DNA of 64,000 nucleotides, taken from contig JAHJQY010000019.1 in the NCBI GenBank assembly GCA_018819015.1, positions 3,239-67,238 on the forward strand, in the 5' to 3' direction. A program made the translations under genes and the position numbers. Below, piece by piece: positions 10,397 to 19,429 of the stretch (the first letter of the stretch is position 1; every line of letters begins with the position of its first letter). Source of the DNA: Patescibacteria group bacterium. Its GTDB lineage: Bacteria > Patescibacteriota > Minisyncoccia > JAHISW01 > Tagabacteraceae. A model generated the notes under the pieces. The model had not been told where the DNA came from, did no database searches, and saw only the letters and a list, made by a program, of their open reading frames with translations.

Positions 10397-11094
10397 TTAG
10401 CACATAAATCATGAATTTGTGTTTTAAACTGTCTAAACCCGAGAAAGACATTAAACACGGCGGCCTTCCGCAGTAATGCGGAATGGAAAAATCGACTCAT
10501 ATCGATGGAGTCCTAATAGTTGAATTTTAACCTGTCATATGTTAGGATAATATCGAGGGAAGCTATAATTTTTTATGGTAAAGAAAATTAAACAAATTAA
10601 TTGGGTTTATTTGGCGGGATTTCTTGATGGCGATGGTAGTATTTATGTAAGAATTAAACCAAATAACACTTATCGTTATGGATTTCAAATTGCTCCATCT
10701 GTGGTATTTTTTCAATCTGCAAAGGAAAAACAAAAAATTGAAAAATTGCAAAAAATTTATAAGATTGGTTATTTGCGAGACAGAAAAGATGGAATAACAG
10801 AATGGGTTATTGGAGACGAGAAATCAATACGTTTAATTATTGAAAATACGAGGAATTTTCTACATCTTAAACAAAAACAGGCTCAATTAATGCTAGAAGT
10901 TTTAGACAGAAAGAAACTAATTAAGACAGAAAAAGAATTTATTAAATTAGCCAAGAATGTAGATAGATTCAGAGAGTTGAATTATTCAAAAAAAAGAAAA
11001 AAATTATTAGCCCCGTAGAGACTACACGTCGATTGTCCCGTACAAATGCGGGATAGTGGTATAGTCCATGCACTTAGTAATAAGTGATAGCATG
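10397..11094 (+). mobile_element. Group I intron at 23S position 2593 (E. coli numbering)
   Basis: Exons rejoin as GAGCTGGGTTTAGACCGT|CGTGAGACAGG; the intron ends in G; core CGTAGAGACTACACG and GGTATAGTCC. Confidence 0.92.
10575..11018 (+). CDS. I-CreI-like LAGLIDADG homing endonuclease (L2593 intron)
   Basis: YLAGFLDGDGSIYVRIKPN..Y, IGYLRDR, LKQKQAQL and LNYSKKRK parallel I-CreI, which occupies the same 2593 site. Confidence 0.93.
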   Translation: MVKKIKQINWVYLAGFLDGDGSIYVRIKPNNTYRYGFQIAPSVVFFQSAKEKQKIEKLQKIYKIGYLRDRKDGITEWVIGDEKSIRLIIENTRNFLHLKQKQAQLMLEVLDRKKLIKTEKEFIKLAKNVDRFRELNYSKKRKKLLAP

Positions 11095-11236
11095 CGTGAG
11101 ACAGGTTGGCCTCCTATCTACTGCAGGCGTCGATTCTTGAGGAGACTCTTTCCTAGTACGAGAGGACCGGAAAGAACTGACCTCTGGTGTACCAGTTGTT
11201 CCGCCAGGAGCATTGCTGGGTAGCTATGTCGGGAAA

Positions 11237-11270
<34 letters not shown>

Positions 11271-11419
11271 ACTCCAAGATTAGGAATCAATGGGTCCGTA
11301 GAAGATGACTACGTTGATAGGCTCAAAGTGTAAGTGCGGCAACGTATTTAGCTGAAGAGTACTAATGACCCGGTTACCCTCTTACTTATGTACAATTTGT
11401 TTTAAATTGAATTTTTAAA

Positions 11420-11525
11420 TCCGGCGATTCGGCGCCATGGAAACACCTGATCTCATTCCGAACTCAGAAGTTAAGCATGGTAGCGGCGATGGTACTCGTA
11501 ATGGGGAGAGTAGCTAGTCGCCGGT
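11420..11525 (+). rRNA. rrf: 5S rRNA
   Basis: CACCTGATCTCATTCCGAACTCAGAAGTTAAG, GATGGTACT, GGGAGAGTAG; terminal helix CCGGCGA/TCGCCGG. Confidence 0.95.
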
Positions 11526-11548
11526 TCTAAGAATTTGATTTATTTTAT

Positions 11549-11623
11549 GCGGGAGAGGAAGTTGCTGCCACACAACTGCGGCGTGTGAGCCACAAGCCAG
11601 GAAAGCTTGTGTATCCCGCTCCA
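11549..11623 (+). ncRNA. Putative 75-nt tRNA-like structured RNA ending in CCA
   Basis: GCGGGA/TCCCGC acceptor-like stem plus TCCA; two internal hairpins; lies between 5S and the operon terminator. Confidence 0.55.
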
Positions 11624-11630
11624 AATTATA

Positions 11631-11662
11631 AAGCCCCCGAACGTAATCAGGGGGCTTTTTTT
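11631..11662 (+). terminator. rRNA operon terminator
   Basis: AAGCCCCC-GAACGTAATCA-GGGGGCTT followed by a T-run. Confidence 0.8.
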
Positions 11663-11690
11663 ATTTCAGGTTATTGGATATAATGTTTTT

Positions 11691-12455
11691 ATGATGGCTA
11701 TTTTGGATTGGCGCGCGAAGAAAAAACTGCATTTTTTTCTGCTGGCCTTGATTGTCGTCGGCGGCGCCGTTTTATTTTTATTATATTTATCTTGGCCCAA
11801 AGCGACTTGCTCTGACGGCCGCCAAAACCAGCAGGAGGATGGAGTGGATTGCGGAGGTCCGTGTGTTCCGTGCGTCGTTAACCCAAAAGATGTCGTTGTT
11901 TTATGGTCAAGGGTATTCAAGACCAGTGAAGGAGTTTATGACGCGGCTGCTTTAGTGGAAAACCCCAATCTTTTTTACGGTCTCCCGTTTTTTAAATATA
12001 CTTTCAAAATTTACGATTCTGACAATGTCCTTGTTGCCGTAAAGGAGGGTCAGACATTTTTAAATCCCCATGATAAATTTTTGATTTTTGCCAATGATAT
12101 AAAAACGGGTCAAAGGCAGGCGGCGCGCTCTTTTGTGGAAATAGAAAATCTTTCCGTCTGGAAATATTTGGGCGAATCAAAATCAACTATTGTTATTTCT
12201 GAAAAAAGTTTTTCCAATACGCCTTTTCCGTTTTTGCGCGCCCGGCTTCTTAACCAGTCGCCTTTTTCAATAAAAGAAATTCAAGCGGCGGCAGTTTTAT
12301 ACGATGAGAATGAAAACGCGGTGGCGGTAAGTTCCACTAAATTAGATTTTATAGAAGCCGAAGGAAGCCAAGACGCGTTTTTTACCTGGTCTTATCCTTT
12401 TGCGGTTGAGCCTGTTTCTAATAAAATTTTTACAAGGGTGGATTTAACAAATTAA
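11691..12455 (+). CDS. Membrane-anchored hypothetical protein with Cys-rich CSDG..N..E.GVDCGGPC..C motif and Ig-like C-terminus
   Basis: N-terminal TM helix, Cys motif, two repeated beta modules; stop overlaps the rodA start. Confidence 0.7.
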   Translation: MMAILDWRAKKKLHFFLLALIVVGGAVLFLLYLSWPKATCSDGRQNQQEDGVDCGGPCVPCVVNPKDVVVLWSRVFKTSEGVYDAAALVENPNLFYGLPFFKYTFKIYDSDNVLVAVKEGQTFLNPHDKFLIFANDIKTGQRQAARSFVEIENLSVWKYLGESKSTIVISEKSFSNTPFPFLRARLLNQSPFSIKEIQAAAVLYDENENAVAVSSTKLDFIEAEGSQDAFFTWSYPFAVEPVSNKIFTRVDLTN

Positions 12456-13567
12456 TGAAGCAGTTTGATTGGACGCTGTTTGTTTCGCTTATCCCGCTTT
12501 TGGGAGCGGGATTAATTACAATGAGACCGTTTGTGGGCGAGGGAGGGGATTATTGTTTTAATCGTCAAATTGTTTGGATAGCCGTAAGTTTGTTTGTTTT
12601 TTTTGTTTTTAGCCGGGTTGATTGGCGTTTTTTGAAAACAAGCGGTTTGCTTCTGGTTTTATTTGTTTTTGCGCTGGTTGTTCTGGGTTTTTTACTGGTT
12701 TTTGGCAAGCTTGTGAGGGGATCGTCAAGCTGGCTGGATTTTTTCTTTTTTTCCATACAGCCGTCTGAACCCATTAAACTTTTATTGATTTTGATATTGG
12801 CGAAATATTTTAGCCGCCGGCATATAGATATCGCGAATTTCAAACATATTTTTGTGTCCGGTATTTACGCCGCCATTCCGGCCGCGCTGATAATTTTTCA
12901 GCCTGATTTTGGTTCGGCCGTTGTTTTTGTTTTAATTTGGCTCGGAATGGTAACGGTTTCCGGCATAAACAAGAAGCATCTCTTGCTGGTTTTGCTGGTG
13001 TTTGTTTTGCTTTTCGCGGCGAGTTGGTTTTTTGTTTTCAAGCCGTACCAGAAGGCCAGGATTATGACTTTTTTAAATCCGCTTGGCGATCCGCAGGGCG
13101 CCGGCTACAACGCTTTGCAATCAATGATAGCCGCCGGCTCCGGTCAGATTTGGGGGAAAGGAATCGGTTACGGCACGCAGAGCAGGTTAAATTTTTTGCC
13201 GGAACACAGGACGGATTTTATTTTTGCCGCTTTTGCCGAAGAGTGGGGTTTTGTCGGAGTTTTGATAATTTTTTCTTGTTTCGGTGTTTTAATATGGCGC
13301 ATTTTAAGAAACGCTTATCTCGCCCAGTTTAATTTTGAAAAATTTTTCGCGATGGGGCTTTCAGTTTTTTTAATGGCTCATTTTGTTTTGCATATAGGAA
13401 TGAATATTGGCGTTTTGCCAATCACCGGCCTTAGTATGCCGTTTTTGAGCTACGGCGGGTCGTATATGGTTACTATTTTTGCCGGTCTCGGCATTTTAAT
13501 GGGGTTTAGAAAACATTCTCAAGGCGCGTTGCAGGAAAATACGCTCGTGGAATTTTTAGGAGCTTAA
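12455..13567 (+). CDS. rodA: Rod shape-determining protein RodA (SEDS family)
   Basis: IQPSEPIK, QPDFGSA, YQKARI, DPQGAGYN, LPEHRTDFIFA, PFLSYGGS. Confidence 0.92.
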   Translation: MKQFDWTLFVSLIPLLGAGLITMRPFVGEGGDYCFNRQIVWIAVSLFVFFVFSRVDWRFLKTSGLLLVLFVFALVVLGFLLVFGKLVRGSSSWLDFFFFSIQPSEPIKLLLILILAKYFSRRHIDIANFKHIFVSGIYAAIPAALIIFQPDFGSAVVFVLIWLGMVTVSGINKKHLLLVLLVFVLLFAASWFFVFKPYQKARIMTFLNPLGDPQGAGYNALQSMIAAGSGQIWGKGIGYGTQSRLNFLPEHRTDFIFAAFAEEWGFVGVLIIFSCFGVLIWRILRNAYLAQFNFEKFFAMGLSVFLMAHFVLHIGMNIGVLPITGLSMPFLSYGGSYMVTIFAGLGILMGFRKHSQGALQENTLVEFLGA

Positions 13568-13602
13568 AAAGTAAAACCTTTTTTTGTTAGTTTTTGTTAT
13601 AT

Positions 13603-15444
13603 TTGGCGTGTGGAATAATTGGTTATATAGGCAAAAACAAAAACGCCATTGATGTGGCGATTAAGGGATTGGGGCAGTTAGAGTATCGCGGTTATGATTC
13701 AGTCGGTTTTGCTTTGATGAGCGAGGTTCAACCTCGCTCATTTAAAGTTTTTTGCGAGAAAACAATCGGACGGGTCAAAAATTTGGAAACAAAAATTGAA
13801 GGAAGAGATTTTTCTTCCAATTGTGTTATTGCTCACACGCGCTGGGCTACTCACGGCGTTCCTTCTGAAAAAAATGCCCACCCGCATTGTGATTGTGGAA
13901 AGAAAATTTTTATTGTTCATAATGGCATTATAGAAAACTATCAATTTTTAAAAACGGTTCTCCGGCGGGAGGGCCATAAATTTTCATCAGACACAGACAC
14001 GGAAGTTTTGGCTCACCTTGTGGAGCGTTATTTGCAAAAAAATACTCTTCTTGAAGACGCGCTTATTCAGGCGTTGTGCCACGTGAAAGGCACTTTTGCC
14101 GTCGCCGTTATCAGCGCGCTGGATCCGAATAAAATTGTCGCCGCTCGCCGTTCGTCGCCGCTTATTATCGGGCTTGGAAACGGCGAGCATTTTTTAGCTT
14201 CCGATGCCTCGGCCTTGACGGAGTATACCAAAAAAGTGGTTTATTTGGACGATGACGAGGTCGCGGTTTTAACGCCGGATTCGTTTTTGTTTTGTGATTT
14301 TTCAAAAAAGGCCAGGCAGAAAAAAATTGATAAAATAGACTGGGACACGGAAAAAGCTCAAAAAGAGGGGTTCAAGCATTTTATGTTGAAAGAAATACAT
14401 AATCAACCCGAGTCAATCAAAGATTCTTTAAGGGGCAGGCTTATAGAGAAAGAAGGCCGAGTTAAACTTGGCGGATTGGAAGTGCTGGGCAGGCAGGTAA
14501 AAAATATAGAGAGAATAATTATAACTGCTTGCGGCACTGCTTATTATGCCGGCATGCTGGGCAAATATATGTTTGAAAATTATGCCGGTATTCCGACAGA
14601 GGTTGAGTTGGCGTCGGAGTTTCGTTATCGCAATCCGGTTTTAAATAAAAGCACCGCGGTTTTGGCTGTTTCCCAGTCGGGGGAAACGGCGGACACGCTG
14701 GCAGCCATTAATCTTGCCAAACAAAAAGGAAATCTTGTGCTGGGGATAGTTAATACTGTCGGTTCTTCGGTTGCGCGCCTGACTGACGCCGGCGTGTATA
14801 ATCATATCGGACCGGAAATTGGAGTCGCTTCCACCAAGGCGTTTACTTCGCAGGTCGCGATACTTGCTTTGTTTGCTCTGTTTTTGTCAAAGCGAAAATC
14901 GCAGGAAGCAATTAAAGCATTAAATCTTTTGCCGTTTCAAGTTAAGAAAATTTTAAAAAATGAAAAAGCAATTCAGCGACTGGCTCGTAAATATAATAAG
15001 TACGATAATTTTTTATATCTTGGCAGGAACTATAATTATCCCGCGGCGCTTGAGGGTGCCTTAAAGCTGAAAGAAATTTCCTACGCACATGCGGAAGGAT
15101 ACGCGGCCGGTGAAATGAAACATGGGCCAATCGCGCTTATAGATAAGAATTTTCCAACCCTCGCCATTGTGGGAAATCCGATTTCCCACACTTACCCCAA
15201 AATGATTTCTAGTCTCGAGGAAATAAAAGCCAGAAAGGGCCCGATAATAGCCATTGCCGCGGAGGGGGACGAGGATATTGCAAAAATCGCCGACGACGTA
15301 ATTTATATTCCTAAAACAATTGAAATGCTTAATCCTGTTTTGGCCGCCGTGCCGCTTCAGCTTTTTGCTTATTATATGGCGGTTCTGCGCGGTTTTGATC
15401 CGGACAAACCTCGTAATCTTGCCAAATCGGTTACGGTTGAATAG
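13603..15444 (+). CDS. glmS: Glutamine--fructose-6-phosphate aminotransferase (start codon uncertain)
   Basis: CGIIG, LEYRGYDS, AHTRWATHG, HNGIIEN, SQSGETADT, ALKLKEISY, PRNLAKSVTVE. Confidence 0.95.
   Translation: MACGIIGYIGKNKNAIDVAIKGLGQLEYRGYDSVGFALMSEVQPRSFKVFCEKTIGRVKNLETKIEGRDFSSNCVIAHTRWATHGVPSEKNAHPHCDCGKKIFIVHNGIIENYQFLKTVLRREGHKFSSDTDTEVLAHLVERYLQKNTLLEDALIQALCHVKGTFAVAVISALDPNKIVAARRSSPLIIGLGNGEHFLASDASALTEYTKKVVYLDDDEVAVLTPDSFLFCDFSKKARQKKIDKIDWDTEKAQKEGFKHFMLKEIHNQPESIKDSLRGRLIEKEGRVKLGGLEVLGRQVKNIERIIITACGTAYYAGMLGKYMFENYAGIPTEVELASEFRYRNPVLNKSTAVLAVSQSGETADTLAAINLAKQKGNLVLGIVNTVGSSVARLTDAGVYNHIGPEIGVASTKAFTSQVAILALFALFLSKRKSQEAIKALNLLPFQVKKILKNEKAIQRLARKYNKYDNFLYLGRNYNYPAALEGALKLKEISYAHAEGYAAGEMKHGPIALIDKNFPTLAIVGNPISHTYPKMISSLEEIKARKGPIIAIAAEGDEDIAKIADDVIYIPKTIEMLNPVLAAVPLQLFAYYMAVLRGFDPDKPRNLAKSVTVE
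15168..15190. repeat. REP palindrome inside glmS (in frame)
   Basis: TGTGGGAAATC-C-GATTTCCCACA; same family as the RAYT flanks. Confidence 0.8.
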
Positions 15445-15475
15445 TATCTGTGGGATATCCGATATCCCACAGATA
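15445..15475. repeat. REP palindrome upstream of the RAYT
   Basis: TATCTGTGGGATATC-C-GATATCCCACAGATA with perfect 15-bp arms. Confidence 0.9.
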
Positions 15476-15514
15476 GACTTTTCTTGAGTGAAAATACGTG
15501 TATAATGTTAACTA

Positions 15515-16156
15515 ATGAAAAGGCCTAGATTTGCAAATGATTGTTTTTACCATGTTTATAATCGTGGCGTGGATAAACGCAAGGTTTTTCTTAATAATAA
15601 AGATTATCGAAGATTTTTTTACAGTATAAAAGATTTTAACGATAAAAATTCTTCTATTAATCTTTTTCGTAGAGTCAGCGTAAGCGGAAACACCATAGAT
15701 GTGGGGAATCGGATATCCCACAAAATTGTAGACAGAGAGCCGCTTGTGGAAATTGTGTCTTTTTGTTTGATGCCAAACCATTTTCATTTTATTTTAAGAC
15801 AAATAGAAGATTGGGGCGTTTCCAGGTTTATGCAAAAAATGGGAATTGGTTATACTAATTATTTTAATCAAAAATATGAACGAAACGGAGTTTTGTTTCA
15901 GGGCAAATTTAAAGCGGTTTTAATTGATAGAGATGCGTATTTAAATTATCTTAAGCAGTATGTTTATTTGAATCCTTTGGATATCATAGAGCCGGGCTGG
16001 AAAGAGGCTGGTCTAAAAAATTGGCGCAAGGCCAAGAAATTTTTGGAGTCATATAGGTGGACAGATTGCAAAGATTATAACGAGTATGATGAGTTTCTGG
16101 TGTCTTGCAAGAAGAAAGCCAGCTTTGGTGATATAAAAGAATATATTATTGATTAG
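15515..16156 (+). mobile_element. REP-associated tyrosine transposase (RAYT, IS200/Y1 HUH family)
   Basis: YHVYNRGVDKR, FCLMPNHFHF (HUH), YFNQKYERNGVLFQGKFKA, YVYLNP; flanked by REP palindromes. Confidence 0.9.
15700..15722. repeat. REP palindrome inside the RAYT coding sequence
   Basis: TGTGGGGAATCGGATATCCCACA (encodes VGNRISH). Confidence 0.85.
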
Positions 16157-16164
16157 GCGGTACT

Positions 16165-16187
16165 TGTGGGGAATCGGATATCCCACA
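16165..16187. repeat. REP palindrome downstream of the RAYT
   Basis: TGTGGGGAATCGGATATCCCACA, identical to 15700-15722. Confidence 0.9.
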
Positions 16188-16238
16188 TAATGCTTTTTTG
16201 TATTGCCATTTTTGGATTTTTCGTTATTATATAAATCA

Positions 16239-17564
16239 ATGGTTAAGACACGTTTTTTGGCGATATTTTTATTACTTTTGGGTTTTTTTGCCGCCTATTT
16301 TGATGCGGCAACGTTTTTGCCAGACAGCTTGAAAGGATTTTCGCCCGAAGTGCCTTTCAGGTTGGGACTGGATCTTCAGGGCGGCATCCATTTGGTTTAT
16401 CGCGCCGACACGTCGGTTGTCGGCAAGGACGAAATAAATACCTCAATGTCCGGCCTTCGCGATGTTATTGAACGCCGAGTCAATTTGTTCGGCGTTACGG
16501 AACCGATCGTTCAAATTCAACAGCAGGGAGGAGAGAATCGGCTTATTGTGGAATTGCCGGGCATAAAAGATATAAGCGGGGCTGTTGCACTCATTGGGGA
16601 AACTCCATACTTGGAATTTAAAACCCAGCGGTTGCAAGAAGAAAGCGACGCGATTTTGGCAGATCAAAAAAACGGCCAGCGTTTGTACGAAGATCCCTAT
16701 TTTATTGCTACGCAATTAACCGGCAGGTTTCTTAAAAAAGCATCTTTGAATTTTAATCAAACGACTTTTGAGCCGGAAATATCTTTGGAATTCACAAGTG
16801 AAGGCGGTGATCTTTTTGCCAAGATTACGAAAGAAAATGTTGGCAAGCCATTGGCGATTTATTTGGATGGCGCGCCTATCAGTGTTCCGAATGTTCGCGA
16901 AGAAATTACTGGCGGACATGCGCAAATCACCGGTCATTTTACTTCGGAAGAATCTAAGACTTTGGTTCAGCGGCTTAATTCCGGGGCTCTGCCTATCCCC
17001 ATTGAACTTATTTCCCAGCAGAGCGTAGGCGCCTCGTTGGGCGAAGAAGTTTTGCATAAAAGTGTTTACGCCGGCGTGATAGGATTTTTGGCAGTGGCGC
17101 TTTTCTTGCTTTTTTGGTACAGATTTATAGGAGTCGCGGCTGTTTTGGCTTTGGCAATTTACGCTTCGGTAGTTTTAATGTTTTTTAAAATAATACCGGT
17201 TACATTAAGCGCCGCCGGCATCGCCGGGTTCATACTTTCAGTTGGGGTTGCTGTTGACGCCAATATTCTTATTTTTGACCGGATAAAAGAAGAATTGCGG
17301 GGAGGCAAAAATCTTGGTTCTGCTATTCCAGAAGGATTTGCCCGCGCATGGACTTCTATCAGGGATTCAAATATTTCTACACTCATCACGGCGATTATTC
17401 TTTTTTGGTTCGGGACAAGTATTGTAAAAGGGTTTGCCTTGACTCTTGGAACCGGTATTTTAATAAGTTTATTCTCCTCTTACACGGTGACAAGAACTTT
17501 TTTGGCGGCAGTGAATTTGAAGGGGGAAGGGAAATTATCAAAAATTTTATTGGGAATAAAATAA
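16239..17564 (+). CDS. secD: Protein translocase subunit SecD
   Basis: LGLDLQGG, IERRVNLFGVTEP, LNSGALP, AVDANILIFDRIKEE. Confidence 0.95.
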   Translation: MVKTRFLAIFLLLLGFFAAYFDAATFLPDSLKGFSPEVPFRLGLDLQGGIHLVYRADTSVVGKDEINTSMSGLRDVIERRVNLFGVTEPIVQIQQQGGENRLIVELPGIKDISGAVALIGETPYLEFKTQRLQEESDAILADQKNGQRLYEDPYFIATQLTGRFLKKASLNFNQTTFEPEISLEFTSEGGDLFAKITKENVGKPLAIYLDGAPISVPNVREEITGGHAQITGHFTSEESKTLVQRLNSGALPIPIELISQQSVGASLGEEVLHKSVYAGVIGFLAVALFLLFWYRFIGVAAVLALAIYASVVLMFFKIIPVTLSAAGIAGFILSVGVAVDANILIFDRIKEELRGGKNLGSAIPEGFARAWTSIRDSNISTLITAIILFWFGTSIVKGFALTLGTGILISLFSSYTVTRTFLAAVNLKGEGKLSKILLGIK

Positions 17565-17568
17565 TAAA

Positions 17569-18471
17569 ATGATTAAGCATCGCAAAATATTTTATATAAT
17601 TTCAGGAATATTGGTAGCGATTAGTTTGGCGGCTTTTATAATTTGGGGACTGAATTTAGCCATAGATTTTACCGGCGGTTCCCTTTTGGAGGTTGAATAC
17701 CTGCCTGCCGGCGAGGCAAGCGAGCAAGTTCGTCCGTCGGTAGAAATCGTGAAAGAAGCGGTTGGCGGTTTGGGGTTGGGGAATATTTCAGTCCAGCCGT
17801 TTGGTGAAAAAGGATTACTTTTGCGGACGCGTGATTTGACAGAAGAGGAACACCAAGTCTTACTTCAGTCTTTGGGTGATGCTACCCAAAAGCGTTTTGA
17901 CTCCATTGGCCCGATTATCGGCCAGGAACTTGCTAGAAAGGCTTGGACCGCGATTTTTTTGGTTATTTTAATGATCGTCATTTTTATTGCTTGGGCCTTC
18001 AGAAAAGCCGGGCGGCCGGTGGCTTCATGGAAATACGGAGTTATCGCCATCGTTGCTCTTGTTCATGATGTGACAATTCCAACCGGAGTTTTTGCGGCGC
18101 TGGGTCATTTTTATCATGTGGAAGTGGATATTCTTTTTGTTACGGCATTGCTGACAATTCTTGGTTTTTCGGTTCATGACACGATAGTTGTTTTTGATAG
18201 AATTCGCGAGAATTTGAAAAAGGGAATTGGAAATTCTTTTGAAGACGGCATTGAGAGAAGTCTGGGGCAGGTGATAGGCCGGTCTATAAAAACCAGTTTG
18301 GCAATTCTTTTGGTATTAGCTTCATTGTTTTTTTTCGGCGGAGAGGCCACGCGGTATTTTTCTCTGACTCTTATTTTGGGAATTATTTTCGGGACTTATT
18401 CTTCGTTGTTCCTGGCCAGTCCTTTATTGGTCACTTGGTATAATTGGCAGCAAAAGAATGGAAAAGTTTGA
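17569..18471 (+). CDS. secF: Protein translocase subunit SecF
   Basis: IDFTGGS, IGPIIGQEL, GFSVHDTIVVFDRIREN, GTYSSLFLASP. Confidence 0.95.
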   Translation: MIKHRKIFYIISGILVAISLAAFIIWGLNLAIDFTGGSLLEVEYLPAGEASEQVRPSVEIVKEAVGGLGLGNISVQPFGEKGLLLRTRDLTEEEHQVLLQSLGDATQKRFDSIGPIIGQELARKAWTAIFLVILMIVIFIAWAFRKAGRPVASWKYGVIAIVALVHDVTIPTGVFAALGHFYHVEVDILFVTALLTILGFSVHDTIVVFDRIRENLKKGIGNSFEDGIERSLGQVIGRSIKTSLAILLVLASLFFFGGEATRYFSLTLILGIIFGTYSSLFLASPLLVTWYNWQQKNGKV

Positions 18472-18676
18472 AGATTGGGAAAAAAAATTGGAAGAGGAGA
18501 GAATAAAACGCGAGGCAGAAAAAGAATTGTATCATAAAGAAAGAGAAGGGGTGCTAAAAGAAAAAAAGAGAAAAGAAAAAGGGGGAGAAAAAATAACCAG
18601 GCAGGAATATCTGACCGAAAAAATCAGAAAGGCGCAGGAACGAGAAAAAAAGAAATTTAAATCAGAAGATAAGTAA
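18458..18676 (+). CDS. Small Lys/Glu-rich hypothetical protein
   Basis: 72-aa highly charged ORF overlapping the secF end; purine-rich. Confidence 0.45.
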   Translation: MEKFEDWEKKLEEERIKREAEKELYHKEREGVLKEKKRKEKGGEKITRQEYLTEKIRKAQEREKKKFKSEDK

Positions 18677-18704
18677 TAAAGAAACAATATACATAAAAGA
18701 AATA

Positions 18705-18738
18705 ATATACGTATACTACGATCGTAGCATACGTATAT
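18705..18738. repeat. 34-bp palindrome upstream of PaaX/Cas2-like gene 1
   Basis: ATATACGTATACTACGA|TCGTAGCATACGTATAT, one mismatched pair. Confidence 0.9.
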
Positions 18739-18751
18739 ATAAAAAATAGAA

Positions 18752-19312
18752 ATGAAAAAAGAAACTAAAATAATGGTGAGCAAAATTATTTTAGGCATTG
18801 TGGCTACTGCCGGACTTTTAAGTGTGGCCGCCTTGGCGCCAAATGCCGTGCAATGTATAGAAATGTTTTATCCAAACAAGAAAAGAAAATATAACAGTGC
18901 TTGGTATATAAAAACTTGTATCGGCAGATTGAAACAGCAAGGTTTGATAAAATTTGAAAGCAAGAATGGAAAAACCTTTGTTCGACTTACCGAGAAAGGA
19001 AAAGAAAAATTGTTAAAATATCAGCTGCAAGAAATTAAGATAAAGAAGCCGTCCAAATGGGATAACAAATGGCGAGTCATCATTTTTGATATTAAAGAAA
19101 ACAGAAGATATATTAGAGATAGCTTGAGAAAAGAATTAATTAATTTAGGTTTTTTTAATCTTCAAAAAAGCGTTTGGGTATATCCTTATGAATGTGAAGA
19201 AGTGGTTATAATGTTGAAATCTCATCTTCAAATCGGCAAGGACGTTTTATATATGGTAGTTGATAGAATAGAAAACGATAAATGGCTGAAAAAGGAATTT
19301 GGTTTGTGTTGA
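18752..19312 (+). CDS. wHTH + Cas2-like (PaaX-family) protein, paralog 1
   Basis: RLKQQGLI...VRLTEKG winged helix; KWDNKWRVIIFDI, LINLGFFNLQKSVWVYPYEC PaaX/Cas2-like ferredoxin domain. Confidence 0.85.
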   Translation: MKKETKIMVSKIILGIVATAGLLSVAALAPNAVQCIEMFYPNKKRKYNSAWYIKTCIGRLKQQGLIKFESKNGKTFVRLTEKGKEKLLKYQLQEIKIKKPSKWDNKWRVIIFDIKENRRYIRDSLRKELINLGFFNLQKSVWVYPYECEEVVIMLKSHLQIGKDVLYMVVDRIENDKWLKKEFGLC

Positions 19313-19335
19313 GATAATTTGATAAAAATTTTCAA

Positions 19336-19371
19336 TGTATATAAATACTACGATCGTAGTAAATGTATACA
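19336..19371. repeat. 36-bp imperfect palindrome downstream of PaaX/Cas2-like gene 1
   Basis: TGTATATAAATACTACGA|TCGTAGTAAATGTATACA; shares ATACTACGATCGTAG with 18705-18738. Confidence 0.9.
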
Positions 19372-19429
19372 AATTTTTTTCTTGGTCTTCGCTTTTATTA
19401 TTTTTAAAAATCACGGTATAATTTTGTGT

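Noticed and set aside
11549-11623. SRP RNA or a canonical tRNA
   Set aside because: Lacks the SRP helix-8 internal loop (CAGG...AGCA around a GNRA loop) and the invariant tRNA D- and T-loop bases; reported as an unknown RNA instead.
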